DNA from: Flaccisagitta enflata
Lineage: Eukaryota
Assembly: GCA_965153355.1 (NCBI GenBank)
Contig: OZ231126.1
Span: 22,072,001 to 22,136,000, forward strand
DNA: 64,000 bases
Reading direction: 5' to 3'
A program made the translations under genes and the position numbers. Each line of letters opens with the position of its first letter. Position 1 is the first letter of the stretch. The notes beneath the pieces are model-generated. The model saw only the letters and a program-made list of their open reading frames with translations. It was not told the DNA's origin and did no database searches. This document shows, one piece after another, positions 26,848-44,080 of this stretch.

Positions 26848-27164
26848 GATACGCACGTTTAAGCTGTTTTCGTTCATAGATTTACAGTACGAACAGACAA
26901 CTCAACCAATGCAATAGCAGAAACAAATCAACCAACCAAGCAAGGCAATCGCCATAAAGACAGAAGAAACGAGTTAGCTTTTAAAACGACGCTTTGAATC
27001 GGTTTTGTTGCTGTTTTTAGTGACGGCTTTAATTTCTTTTTTTCGACTTCTCCCTTGTTATCGGCAATGGCGTAAAACGTCGGCCGTTATCATTTTTTTC
27101 TTGCTGTTCTTGCATCATTTTTGTTTTGTGTTCATGATGCTGCGTTTCAACTGCTGCTGCTTTC

Positions 27165-28175
<1,011 letters not shown>

Positions 28176-28711
28176 ACCGTTTTTGCCTTCCATTTGCTTT
28201 CTGATATTTCACATATTTGGCAGGCCACACTCAGTTTCTTTCCCGCTAAACCTGCCCATGCAATTATCTGCTGATCTCCACGCTTCTCTTGCGCAACTGA
28301 TGTGCATTGCCTCAATTCACCACCTCCTTCTCCACTCAGTTTTCCCCTTGGTTGTTTGAATTTTATGGGAGAATTTTTTTACAGGCCCACTATTTGGTTA
28401 TTCCGTAACATTTTGTATCTTCCTAAACTAATTTCTGTTTCTGTTTCTGTTTCTGTTTCTGTTTCTCCATCCTGTTTATCACCTTCTCTCTACTCCATAT
28501 TCAAATCATTCCTTCCTTCTGTACCCCCAAACCTCCATCGCTATCTTTCCTTTTCATCCTTCTCTATCTCTCCTCGTCTCTCCACTTTGTTCAATGTGCC
28601 CGTATCATCGAGGTTTGTCCAACGCCCCACCGAGTTCGCACATTCAATCAATGATGGAGGTTAGCGTGAAGTTGTATGCAAATGAGACTGAAAGACCGAC
28701 GTTGTACATGT

Positions 28712-28824
<113 letters not shown>

Positions 28825-29073
28825 CATCTTCTCTTTCATGTTCTCATCGGTGGTCAGACGGGATATGAACGTCGGTCTGTCTAGACAGTAAAGCGAAGAT
28901 TTCAATCTCTCGCGTCACGGATTTTTAACTGTAATGGACGATATTTCAACATCCTGGATTCTCATTGGCTGTTGGCTCAAAAGTCTCTACCGTCATTGGT
29001 GCGTTTATGAAAGTCGGTGCCTCCTTTACAAATATCAATTACTTTCAAGACTCTCAATGAACTTTTCTCAACG

Positions 29074-29186
<113 letters not shown>

Positions 29187-29195
29187 GTCTGTCTC

Positions 29196-29315
<120 letters not shown>

Positions 29316-30372
29316 AGAGAAGAAATAAAAGGATACACACCACGCTAAGTGGAGGATCGGTAACGTCAAGTAAGAAAACAGCAAAGATTGAAATGAAAAT
29401 GAATTTATCGAAAGAATCTGGGTGAAACTGGGTGATACACGGGCCAACACGGCTACCCCCGTCGCGTGCAGGTGGGCAGGGGCCGTATTTGAGGCTACTT
29501 GATCACTTGGGCAGGAGCAATGAGGCCCTAGACCGCAAAAACTAAAAAAAAGTAGAAAGCGATGGACGGACCGACGGACCGACGGACGGACCGACAAAGC
29601 GGGGTGTAGAGTCGCGTAGCACGCGACTAAAGATCGCTAAATCGGCTCTCTGATTTGAGCATATATGTAACGAAGACGATCGAAGAGTGCTGATCACAAT
29701 TGCGCAAATATTGCAGACCCACAATCAAAATAGGAAATGTATTAACTATGTAACAAATTTGGATACAGTTGAGCTTCGCTAGAGCGCATTTCAATGGACT
29801 GAGCAAAATTATGCCTTATACTGAAGCTGTCTTATTGCCAATGTAGAAATAACTGCAAAATCTCCCATAGAGCATAAGGTTGCATGCTTTACAGGTGGGC
29901 ATTCTTTATTAGCGGGTGCACTTTAGCGGTGCTCTACTGTAGATTCACCGTGAATATATTCAGCTTTACGCAATGGCTCAAACCGTTCTCACGCAATCTC
30001 CTTTCCTCCGGTATATCGTAGATCGAGAGGAGAGAATAAGAAGGAATGTAACGTCCACTGACCAAAGTCCCCTTTCCTTCCATCGTGACTTACAGCAGAG
30101 CGGCGAAGATGAAAGCCAACTAAAGGTCATTTACCCCATCGTCTAGACTGTCGTTGAGACAATGAGGGGCAATTGAGAAAGCAATATGATTCCCGTTAGG
30201 GTTCAATTGGAGTGATTGGGATCCAAGTCGGACTGTTGGCCCATGAATAGTCCGGAGCTTGACCACACAAAGTCTATGACGGCGGCGAACCTTTGAAGCT
30301 GCCTTTGATCAGCGCCGCCAACGAGAGACAGAGAATGATTCCGGCCGCATGAGGTGGACACCATAGATATTC

Positions 30373-30481
<109 letters not shown>

Positions 30482-30720
30482 CGCACCGTAGTGAGTGCCC
30501 ATATACAGCGGCGGTTTCCATAGCCGTGGTGAGAAATGATATCTGTCGTCGTAAATGGTATTTCAGAGGCACTCGTCTTCGATATCGGCAAGTCGCAGTC
30601 AGTCTCATTCAGTTCCCGTTGGTGCAGCGCGCTGACCGTGAACAGTAAAAATACATTTGATTGAACTTGACTAATTTTATTGCACCGTTCAAGGCAACGT
30701 CATTTTGGATATGCGATGAG

Positions 30721-30773
<53 letters not shown>

Positions 30774-30899
30774 CAGACAGACAGACAGAAACATACAGAC
30801 AGAAACAGAGAAAGATAGATAAACAAACCGACAGAGAGATAGAGACAGAGAAACCAACAGACAAATAAGGAATATATTCCTCACTTCATTCATACTCCC

Positions 30900-30993
<94 letters not shown>

Positions 30994-31086
30994 AACTGGG
31001 GGTGCCCACCCGGGCTTGATTAGCATGAATCGGCGCCTGAAAATAATATTGCTTCCTTGCCCATCAAATCTTGAATTTCAGCTGGC

Positions 31087-31510
31087 CCGATTATCGTTAA
31101 AACGACCTAGGACAATGTCGCGTGTGTTAGATGTAGCCAGATCTGGCCAGATCTAGCCAGATCCAGCCAGATGTAGCCGGATCTAGCCGGATCTGACCAG
31201 ATCTAGCCACATCTGGCCAGATCAAGCCAGACATAGCCCGATCTAGCCCGCTTTGTCCGTCCGTCTGTCCGTCCATCCGTCCGTCCGTCCATCCGTCCGT
31301 CCGTCCGTCCGTCCGTCCGTCCGTCCGTCCGTCCGTCCGTCCGTCCGTCCGTCCGTCCGTCCATCCGTCCGTCCATCACACTTTTACTTTTTTTATCAAT
31401 TCTATTTCTTTAAGTCATTTAAAGTCAATTAAGAGTATACTGAGTCATTCTAAGTCATTCTAAGTCAATCTGTAAGTCTCGCACGCGACTTATAGGTGTT
31501 GGCCTTGTTT
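31087..31510 (+). mobile_element. HINE-A-like element with (AGCCAGATCT)n and (CCGT)n arrays
   Basis: 3' end GCACGCGACTTATAGGTGTTGGCCTTGTT. Related end type at 36090-36466 and 48698-50750. Confidence 0.55.
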
Positions 31511-32536
31511 CAGTTTGGGTGTGGTGAGGGATATTGTTCCACTTGTTATACAGCAATAAAACTCTCATGAACTTACAATAAGCTGAATGTAGAGTTAAGG
31601 ACGCACTTACTTAAACCTAATTATTGGAGAATTAGAGACAATTTATTTTCAGCTTACGACGGCGAATTTTCGAAGGAAAATTAAGTGTTTCACCATACTT
31701 TTTGCATCATTGTCATGACAATAATGAAGCTGGAATGCTTTTAGCAGACATTTTGTCTCTAAAGACACTTGGTGTATACCTTTTTATCATATTCTGACCT
31801 AAAAAGTAATTTGAACTATGCAATTCACAGGGAAACACGTAGGAAAATGGTGGTTTTTAGTAGATTTCTGCTTACACTTTTTTTCATTTTCTGTGGTCTA
31901 AATTCTAAGAAAGCCATACACAGGGAAATTTTGCATTTTGAAAAACATAGTTCTCTCTGTAATCGATTTGGGAAGAGAACTATGTTCTTTGTTTATTATT
32001 TTTTTCATTTTCTATGCAAACTTAGAATTTAGACCAGCCCCCTATCAGTGACCAAAAATGAAAAAAGTAGAAATTTTCAATAAATCTTTTTTTGTAACAT
32101 TGGCTAAACTTGATCTTTATTGCTAAATAAATGCAAATTTTTCTTTTAAATAATATGTCTTAGCTATCTGAATCACATTTATTCCCTTTTTTTTTCATTT
32201 CCATTCATTCAAAATGTCCATTCTAACTGTCTTTGAAACACAAATATTGCCTTCGGGGAGACGCTGTCTTACACAGAATTCCATATTTACATAGTATTTC
32301 AAATTTTCAGGAACCAAAGTCAACTTGTTAAACTGTTGATGTTACGAATTGGTACGGCCTGGTAACTGTTTTACAAGTTTTTATGAGCGGTTAAATATCA
32401 GACAAAAAGAAGAGAGAGAAAGAGAGAGAGAGAGAGAGCAGAGGACTGGTCACCGATGAATGATTACCCAAGCACCAGTTGGTTTACTTCATTGGGAAGA
32501 CCCGGACATCACCAGTAATAAAACATGACCCGGAAA

Positions 32537-32573
<37 letters not shown>

Positions 32574-33309
32574 CAAAAGATCAATACGGGAATTTGATGG
32601 TACATTATAGATCTGGAAGGTGTGACCTAGTCTCTTAATTCATTTAAAAGAGGTTTTCTCTTCAAGTTCGAGCATAGGGAAAGCATCAACTGAAAGCTTA
32701 AAATGATCATAATTGCCTGACGACTTGAGAAGTCGTAACTGACTGCAGCTGACATCGATGGGTGTTAAGATCTAGGGCCTAGGCTCAAATATATCTGTCT
32801 CCAAATGAGCTCCACGGTTTCAATCTTGACTTGAAGAAATACCGTGGATGATAATTCATATCCATTACCTTCATAACTTTGCAGGATTTGGCCGAATGAC
32901 TGAAACAAACGGGCAAAATATTCTGCACACAATCACATTAAATTCATTCCCCCTAAAATGGGGACATTTATAATTCTGTTATCAGTGATTTTCGCTCATT
33001 GAATGACAATCATTTGAACCACTTGAAAACCGTGACAAAATTGAAAAAAAAGGTCGTTCTTCTCTTCGTGATAAGACCACATCCATGATACATAGCATTA
33101 GAGCCTCTTTCACTCCAACTATGGATCATTTGATGCTAAGCCCACCTCATTTTGACGTTTTATTACGGATAGTCGGATACACTAACTCCCACCCCTTCCT
33201 TGCAAGGCCTTTCCTCTTCGCACATTACCACTACCACTACATACAACGGCCTCCTCCCCATTCCTACTTTTCATCGGTCCATGTCTTAGCCACATCGCCT
33301 AGACTTCTT

Positions 33310-33587
33310 GTATCAACCCATCTCTCCAAGTTTCTACTATCTCATCCTCACAACCCTATACCAACCCTTCTCTCCATGTTTCTGCTATCTCATCCTCACA
33401 ACCCTATACCAACCCTTCTCTCCATGTTTCTGCTATCTCATCCTTACAACCCTATACCAACCCTTCTCTCCAAGTTACTATCTCATCCTCACAACCCTAT
33501 ACCAACCCTTCTCTCCATGTTTCTACTATCTCATCCATACAACCCTATACCAACCCTTCTCTCCATGTATCTACTATCTCATCCTCG
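33310..33587. repeat. ~63-bp minisatellite, ~4.5 copies
   Basis: Repeated CTATCTCATCCTCACAACCCTATACCAACCCTTCTCTCCATGTTT. Confidence 0.9.
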
Positions 33588-34327
33588 CCATTTCTGCCCT
33601 TCATCGACTCATGTTTACGCCACATCACGTTGCCTCCTTGTTCCAACCCTTCTTCTCTTCATGTTTTAGCCACCTCCGCATTCGACGGCGACGCCATGAG
33701 CGCCATCTTTTACGACGGCCATAAAAGAAACGAGACAAGAAATAAAAAGACAACAAAAGCCAAACCATCGTCACTCCAGTTTGCCAGTCATCGATTCAAG
33801 TCAGTCATGACAGTCGGTATGTCCATATTCATTTGGTGTATGATTCATTTCAGTTCACGAGTCGTCAATTACAGAATACAGTTAGCGATGACAGACCGTA
33901 TGTCCATGTTGATAATGGTAAAAGTCATTTCAGTTTGCAAGTCATGGATTCCAGTTGGTGATGACAGTCAGTATGTTCATTCTCATTCGTTGATTGAGTC
34001 GTTCCAGTCTGCAAGGCATCAATTGCAGTCAGCGATGACAGCCCGTAGGTCCTTACTAATTTAATACTTGACTCACTCCAAATTGCGAGGTATCGATTCC
34101 AGTATGTCAATCAGTCTGTACGTTAGTTATGCATTCAATCCGGTCAGAAGTCATGTTGACTGGACTGAAAAAAGGCACTGGCCAAACGCAGTGTTGATTC
34201 AGGTTCTTTTGATACATTGATTACAAAGTGCATGGATATGACCGAAACCTAGGAAGATGGGCACTCAAATTTTGCTCGACCAATACGTAGCATAACGAGT
34301 GAGGGGTATGAACAACGTTCAAAAAGA

Positions 34328-34467
<140 letters not shown>

Positions 34468-34902
34468 AGGTCGAAGGTTGGGAGGCAAGGAGCGATCCAG
34501 TTTCTCTTTTATGTTTAGTACCGTGATTTTATGACGGCATCAAGGTCTTTCTTACCATACATTAAGCAGTGGCAGCAAAAGCAAGTTATATAAAATCGCT
34601 TCGACGCCTTCATAACGTGCCTTAACTTGATCATAAAAAACAACAACCATGATATCACCAGAGTTTCTTCTTCTTTTTTTTTTACCAGAAAGACTTTTTA
34701 TCGGAACATTTGATCATTTGTTTTAAAGAAATTATTACTTAAAACTTCGTGCTGCTCTATTCTTATTTATTATTTTTCGTAGCTTCCCTACATCAGAAAT
34801 TTCTTTTCACTCATCGCGGTTTCTGTCGCTGCCTTTTGTTGGTCATTTCCCATATCGATGAACATCACTCCATCTTTACGCGGGAACATTTTGTTGCGAA
34901 TG

Positions 34903-35009
<107 letters not shown>

Positions 35010-35175
35010 CTCTTTCTCTCTCTCTCTTTCACACACACACATGTTCGCTGAATTTCACACAGATCAACAGCTCATGATAAAGAGGGAAACAAGCAAAGAA
35101 TGAAACAATAAAAGAACGAAAACGAGAAAGGATTAAGGAATTGAAAGAAAAGAAAAGAAAAAGAAAGAAGAAAAA

Positions 35176-35269
<94 letters not shown>

Positions 35270-35279
35270 CAAAGAAACA

Positions 35280-35343
<64 letters not shown>

Positions 35344-35801
35344 CAGAAAGAAAAAAAACAAAGAAACAAAGAAACAAAGAAACAAAGAAACAAAGAAACA
35401 AAGAAACAAAGAAACAAAGAAACAAAGAAACAAAGAAAAAAAGAAAAAAGAGAGCAGCGAAAAAAAGAGAGAAAGAAAAAGAAAAAAAAAGGGGAAAAAA
35501 AGAGAGAAAGAAAGAAAAAAAAGAGAGAAAGAAAGAAAAAAAGAGAGAAAGAAAGGGAAAGCAGGGAATTCTCGTTGTTCGATTTTTTTCTCTACGACAT
35601 TGCTTTTCGTCGCCGTTAGATGGCTTTGGCAGTTTGCGGCGTTTCGAGATTGAGGCCAGCTCTTGGATTGGATGACATAAGGGAAGTAAACGAGGTGCGC
35701 GAAGCCATTTGCAGCAGAGTTAAGCGCCGTTTCCCTCGTAATTCAGACTGATTGCCGCGACATAAATCCCCCAACGACAACGCCTCTCGTTCCATTTCTC
35801 T

Positions 35802-35943
<142 letters not shown>

Positions 35944-36707
35944 ACACTTGTTCAATGTACCTCGTGGGCTCTTTTGTCGATAGTGAGCTACTTTCATGGT
36001 TCTACCTTGAAGCTTGATGCCCGAGCCTAATGTATCGTTAATCAATCCTCTTATTTTCTGAAAAGAAAGAATCAATCACGAATTCTTTAAACAAGGGCAA
36101 CACCTATAAGTCGTGTGCTAGACTTACATTAGTGCCTTATTATATAACCACATGATTAAAATGACTTTCATTGAATTTATTTGACTAAAAATGACAAAAA
36201 ATGATTTTGATGACCTAAAATGACTTAAAATGACCTAAATTGACTTAAATTGACCCAAAATGACTCAAGTGACAAAAATGACTTTAATTGACTTAAGATG
36301 ACTTTAAATGACCTAATTTGGCTTTAAATGACTTAATTAACATAGAATGTCTCATAGGAATAAAACGAATAAAAAAAGTAAAATGTGACTGACCAACCGA
36401 CCGACCGACCGACCGACCGACCGACCGACAAAGCTGTTTGTAGAGTCATGTAGCACACGACTAAAAAGCTGTGCGTCAATATCCAGGGAAAGTTATCAAC
36501 GCATTTCATGAAATGTTGTCAATTTTGTCCAGGTAGCTTTTGACAAAAAATATGGCAATATTACTTAGGTGTCATGCTTTTCTCCAACGGGTTCTTTGCA
36601 TCAAAGCTTGGAAATGGGTGCTACATCATTTTGCCATGAAATTTCATCTCGTTCCATTACACCGACAGTATATCGCCCTTATCATTAAATATGTTTGAGA
36701 AAAATGA

Positions 36708-36738
<31 letters not shown>

Positions 36739-37214
36739 ACAGAGAGACAGATAGATGGGCAGAGCGACTGGCGGACATTCCAACAAACAGCGTCTATCAG
36801 TTGAACTATAGTCAAACAGTTGGGCAGAGAGGGGAACAGCCTAAAGACAAGTGAACGGTCAGACAGACAGTAAAAGAAGCAGACAAAAAGAAAGTGAAGT
36901 AGTTGACAGACAGAACCGAGAGGCAGAGAGACCGACAGACCGACCGACACACAGTCAGACTGACAGACAGACAGATTGACAGACAGACAGACAGTTAAAA
37001 TCAGAGACAGAGAATGTGAGACAAAGGAGGGAAAAAGTCTCGCCGTCGCCTTTGGGGAAAAAAGTGAGTAAGTGGAGCTTTTTACTAGGCTAATAAAACT
37101 GGGAAGAAAGCTTATTGGACTAAGAAGGGGGAGACCTAATAGGAAAAGATATTAGCTTCTCCTTCCTTTCACCAAACGACTTTTTGATGCCCTCGTGATT
37201 TTTTGAATGTGATG

Positions 37215-37670
37215 GACCCATATGGTGGACGAAATGACCGACATAAAACTCACAAATGACTCGTGCACGAAATACTATACTTCTCCATGCTGTTCTGTCG
37301 GTCTGTCTTTCTGTAAATAGGCCCACATGGTGGATGGAATGACCGACATGAAATTTACAAGTAACTTGTACACGTCACACTGTACTTCACTTTGTCAGTC
37401 TGGTGGTCTGTTTATCTGTATGGGCCCCTAATGGTGCACGAAATGACCGACATGGAATTTACAATTAACTTGTACATGACACACTGTACTTCACTTTATG
37501 TGTCTGTTTGTCTGTATATCTCTATGGGTCCACATGGAATTTACAAGTAACTTGTATATGACCCACTGTATTTTACTTTGTCGGTCTGTTGGTCTGTCTA
37601 TCTGTATGGGCTCACATGGTGGACGGAATGATCAACTTGTAACTTTTAAATGACTAGTGCACGAAACGCT
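37215..37670. repeat. Degenerate ~105-bp tandem repeat
   Basis: Recurring GACCGACAT…AATTTACAAGTAACTTGTACA…CACTGTACTTCACTTT. Confidence 0.75.
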
Positions 37671-39043
37671 GTTGGACTCATTAACCGATGTTAAACGCAA
37701 ACTGTCTAACGCACGAAGTCTGTCTTTACTAACTGCATAAGACCAATCATGAAAAACTTAATTTTACCACACTGCTCTCTGACGTGATTCGTGATTTGTT
37801 CATCGATATCAGTGGTTGATTTACCTCATCCATCCATTATTCGTTTCATACTATCTTCTATCAATGGTCAATAATGGACATCACTCTAGGGACTTTTAAA
37901 TCCATCTTCTAGGGTCAAAAGAACACATTGATAGACTGAATAAATTAACCAGGTTTATTCTCAATAATGACAGGAGACAAATTGTAATAAGAATGTGTAA
38001 ATGATAGGATGTACATACTTGAATACAATGGTAAGTAGTACAGGAATGGATTACACAACGGGACAAATTCCTCATCTTTTTTTTTTCGTTTCTGAGTACG
38101 AGCAAAAAATCGAATCCATTGATTCAATGCAAATGTAAATTATCACAAGTTTAATAAGAACGCATGGCATCGATAGAGACAGAGAGACTAAAATTGTACC
38201 TCAGGGGAAACATATTTGAATGTTTCAATGTGTTTGTTTTTGTTTTTAAGCTACCTCGATCGAGAACAGACATCCCGTCCGATATTGAACGAATCAACCA
38301 ATGCGATTCCTCGGATCTTTTTAGGGGGCAAAGTTCATGGTCAGGCCGATGGTCAAAATACGGTAATGCTTCTTTCCAGTCTGTCCGTCAGTACATATGA
38401 TAGTCTGTTTATTTGACAGAAGACGGACAATCTTTTTATCGACCACTAGGTTGGTCACATCATTCATCTAAAACACTACTCTCAATGAAAATAGGAATGA
38501 GGGGAGGACACGATTTTTTATTAAGAAAAAAGAAACATGTAACATGTGCATATAGACGAACACTTATACGATATGTTGTACCTCTGTCATTGGTTTCCTT
38601 AGCAGAGCAAAAAGAAAAAAAAAGAGTACTTCATCATACAATTTGAGAATAAATCAAAATTGAAGGAACAGATTTCTAAAAGCAAATCAGAAAACGTATA
38701 TCTATTTCTTTGAATATGCAAGTTTGATGACTAGGCAGAACGAAATAAACAGTTCGATCAAGGGAACCAAATATTGACTTAGAAACGGCAAAAATGAAGT
38801 ATCACAACCAAACGTCATATAAAAGAATATATTGTTCATGATGAGAATGAATGCTTTGAAACGCAATTGAGCAACACACTAGAAATGAAAAAAAAAAACT
38901 TGATAGAGAACACATGAATGCGCGAACGAATTAACCTATTGACCGATGAAAGAATGAAACGCTTAAAGCATGAATAAAAGAATGTAGATTAAGATATATG
39001 AAGTAAAGAAAATAAGAAATAAAGAGAGAAAGAGAGAAAGAAA

Positions 39044-39087
<44 letters not shown>

Positions 39088-39091
39088 AAAA

Positions 39092-39191
<100 letters not shown>

Positions 39192-39324
39192 AAATAAAAG
39201 AATGCAAGATGGAAATGAAGAGGAAGTATAGAAACAGCGTAGGGGGAAAAAAATAACAAAACAAAAAAATCTCTAACGGCAGTTTGCATCATGAGGGGCG
39301 GCGAAGATATTTGAGTAGAAAAAG

Positions 39325-39361
<37 letters not shown>

Positions 39362-39521
39362 TTGTACCTCGTTGCAGACAAATAACAATGATTACTTCTT
39401 CTGGTCTTTTTTTTGTTTTTGTTCCTTCTTCTCTTTGCTCAAGAAGAATAAGAAGAAACATATCCACTGTTGTCAACAGCGTTGATTGTCCTTTCATGTC
39501 ATTCTGACGCCATTTCCTCCT

Positions 39522-40375
39522 TCACCTTTCGATATCGCCATTTCTGGCGTGTCCATTTGAAAGAGCGGAAATGGCCGCTGCGGCGGCCGCCAGCGTTTCC
39601 GGCGACGCCATCGACATCGCCGACGGCGTCATGAGTCCGGGAATCGGCGCCAAGGAAGTCGCGGCCGGCGCCAAGGAGCCAAAGGGAGCGCCGGTTTTGT
39701 TAAGGACGTGGTTGAGGTTGGTTGAGTGGGCGGGTGGTGGGCGGGGCTCCAAGGAAGAGTGGGGAGTGGAACCGACGTGGGCTTTTGGCGGCGCCGATGA
39801 TAATGACGGGGTTGAAGACGAGGCCGCTACTGAAGCCACCGCTGCCGCCGCAGCCGCTTCCGCCGCCGCCGCTGTCGCCGCTGATTCATGAGGTGGCGTT
39901 GGTGACGTAGATGCTACGAAACTTGCCATCGAGGGCGCTGGGATTCCATTGGGCGCCAATGGTTGTGGTGGCGCCGTCGAAGGTTGCTGTTGATGATGCT
40001 GTGATTGTTGTAACTGTTGGTGTAATTGTTGCTGTTGTGGCGGCGGTGGCGGAGGAGGGGGCGCTCCACCTCGAATATCGTCGTCATCTGCGTCGTCGAT
40101 GTCGTCATCTGAGTCGTCATCTTCATTTCCGGTGGCGCCGGAAGTCGATCTCTCTCGCAGTTTCTTGCTTTTCATCCTACGGTTTTGAAACCAAATCTTC
40201 ACTTGCCGTTCTGTGAGACTGGTTCTGTATGAGAGCTCGTAACGCTTTTGCTTGGTGATGTAAGTGTTGGAAAGATATTCTTCCTCGAGCAAATAAGTGA
40301 CCCATTTCTCGTAGGGCTTCCGCTTTGTCCGGCATTTTCCGCCGGAAGTACACGCGTGGAAGAAGTTTGTCGGGT
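39522..40375 (-). CDS. Terminal exon of a divergent posterior-class Hox gene (Abd-B/Hox9-13/Post-like homeodomain at 40155-40334)
   Basis: Extending the listed ORF upstream gives [73 protein letters not shown]. KRxPY and [11 protein letters not shown] are posterior-Hox signatures. Acceptor TTCAATTTTCAACAG precedes 40375 (phase 1). The exon is GC-rich and stop-free. The upstream exon was not located. Confidence 0.92.
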
Positions 40376-40910
40376 CTGTTGAAAATTGAAGTGGGGGGGG
40401 GACGATGAAGAAATGAGAAAAAACCTAGTTTAACGATTTTGCTTAGGATACCAAGGTTTTTGTGAAATGATTTTTCACACCTTGTTTACATGTGAAAAAA
40501 TATTTCATTTTCAACTCGTTTACGCCTGCTCAAGCTGATGTAGAGGCTTGGTCCAATAAGGAGGCAACCAGCTTACAACCGAGAGATCTCAGTTTGTGGA
40601 TGCCCTAAAATTTAGAGATTTAATGTGAGCTACTGTTACAGCAACCATGTAAAGGTACAGAAAAGACAGGTACTTTTTTTCACTGATTAAATCCGTAATG
40701 AAAAGATGTCTCGCTCACAAATGCAAAAAGTATCGAAGCTGTTCAAATAAAAAAGCAATATCTAGCTCAGTTCAAATAGCAGAATCTTTGACTTCCATCA
40801 GCCTATATCTGTCAAGTAACTTGGGAAAGAATCGTTTTTTGCATATGATTTTGCGATTGTATAAACGTGATATGCTACAACATGCAAATTAGCACACACA
40901 CAAACACACA

Positions 40911-41007
<97 letters not shown>

Positions 41008-41253
41008 AGCCTATTCACTCGATCACCGCATCGATCATGATGCTCCCTTGATTTCCTCTCAATTTTACGTGCAATCTCACTCATCTTTGAGAATTCTTTG
41101 GGATCATCGGCTTGTGACAAACCTTGTCGGTCAGTTTGGTTCGCTTAGCAGTGTGAAGATCATGGTTTCATTGCCATCGAAAGAAAGAAAAAAAGAAAGA
41201 TAGAAAGAATGAAAGAAGGACAGAAAGAAAGATAGAAAGAATGAAAGAAAGAG

Positions 41254-41324
<71 letters not shown>

Positions 41325-41332
41325 ATGAAAGA

Positions 41333-41497
<165 letters not shown>

Positions 41498-42025
41498 TTC
41501 GTGATTTTGGAATGATACGCTATTTTGTACCACATTACTTTAATGTTATTTCAAATGTTCAATCTACTCTGATGGTTGTTCATACTAGCAATTCTTTTTC
41601 AAATGGTACAGCGATATTCGCCTAAGGGTTATTAAATGTACTTGTTCCCGCCAAGAAATAGAAAATATCAAGTTGGTATCGGGTAGCAAAAGATACAATG
41701 CCTCGATGAGTAAAACATAAAAAGCCAAACATATCCACACCCATCGGCCTCCATTTACTGGGACAATGTTCACCCAAAGGCCTAAAGAGCAGCCGAAAAT
41801 GCATCAAAGTAAGCCGCGTTTACGCCCTAAAATGCGCGGCACGATCTGCATCAGAACATCAAAGAAGGCGATGTTGATCTATCGGCCATTTCATGTCAAA
41901 CCAAAACGTGGATGAGACTAACTCGAGAGCCCAAATTGACGAAGAACTGGAAAGAATGATGGCCTTTTAATCGAACATCCCGACGAAGGACGGGGATGAG
42001 AGGGATAAGAGAGAGAGAGAGACCG

Positions 42026-42059
<34 letters not shown>

Positions 42060-42090
42060 GTGAAAGATCACAGAGAGAGAGAGAGAGAGA

Positions 42091-43394
<1,304 letters not shown>

Positions 43395-44080
43395 CAGCAA
43401 AATTTCAATTTCATATTTGCCTTTTAGATTGAGGACGTTACATTTTACGATATACTTATTATGTCAATGAATATCGTCTTCCATCCCCACTCGAGGCCAG
43501 GTGATCAATTGAAGCCAAAAAAAAAATCCAATTTTGGGGGGCTGTCACACTAAAACTCTCCGATTTCATCCAACTAAGTTGTGTTAGTAATAGTTTAAAC
43601 ATATCAACCAACGGAAAAATATTGCATAAAACTTTCATTGCAAAATCACGGGGTTTATGCATTTATTTCGCTTATTTGACAGGTGTCCAACGTAGTGGAT
43701 TTTTCCCCCTTGACAAATGAGACAAGGCAGCAGATGATTCAGATAGGATGGGAAATGAGGATGGTCAAGAGTGACCAAAGATTCATTATGACTCATCCTC
43801 TGGCTGCACAATAACCCCCCCGGGGGCACCGGGGGGGGGGGGGGGGTCGAGGATGCGGGGAAAAAAAGTTTGAATTGAGATTTATGATTTCCAACTCAAA
43901 ACATAAACCAAGCTTAGAGCCACGATTTATGGATAGCTCGAGTTTCGAAACCATTTGACCGTGCCGGTGAAATGGGAAAAGTCCAGCTCTCTTTTTTCTT
44001 TTTGCGGCAAAAAAAAGTAAAAAAGAAAGAGAGCTATTTGAAAACAAAACAAAACGAAACACAAAACCCAAAACCCAAAA

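Noticed and set aside
33085..33669. 194-aa ORF with repeated LLSHPHNPIPTLLSMF
   Set aside because: Explained by a 63-bp minisatellite; no domain or splice evidence.
39571..40216. Plus-strand ORFs overlapping the Hox exon
   Set aside because: Antisense shadows of a GC-rich coding exon.
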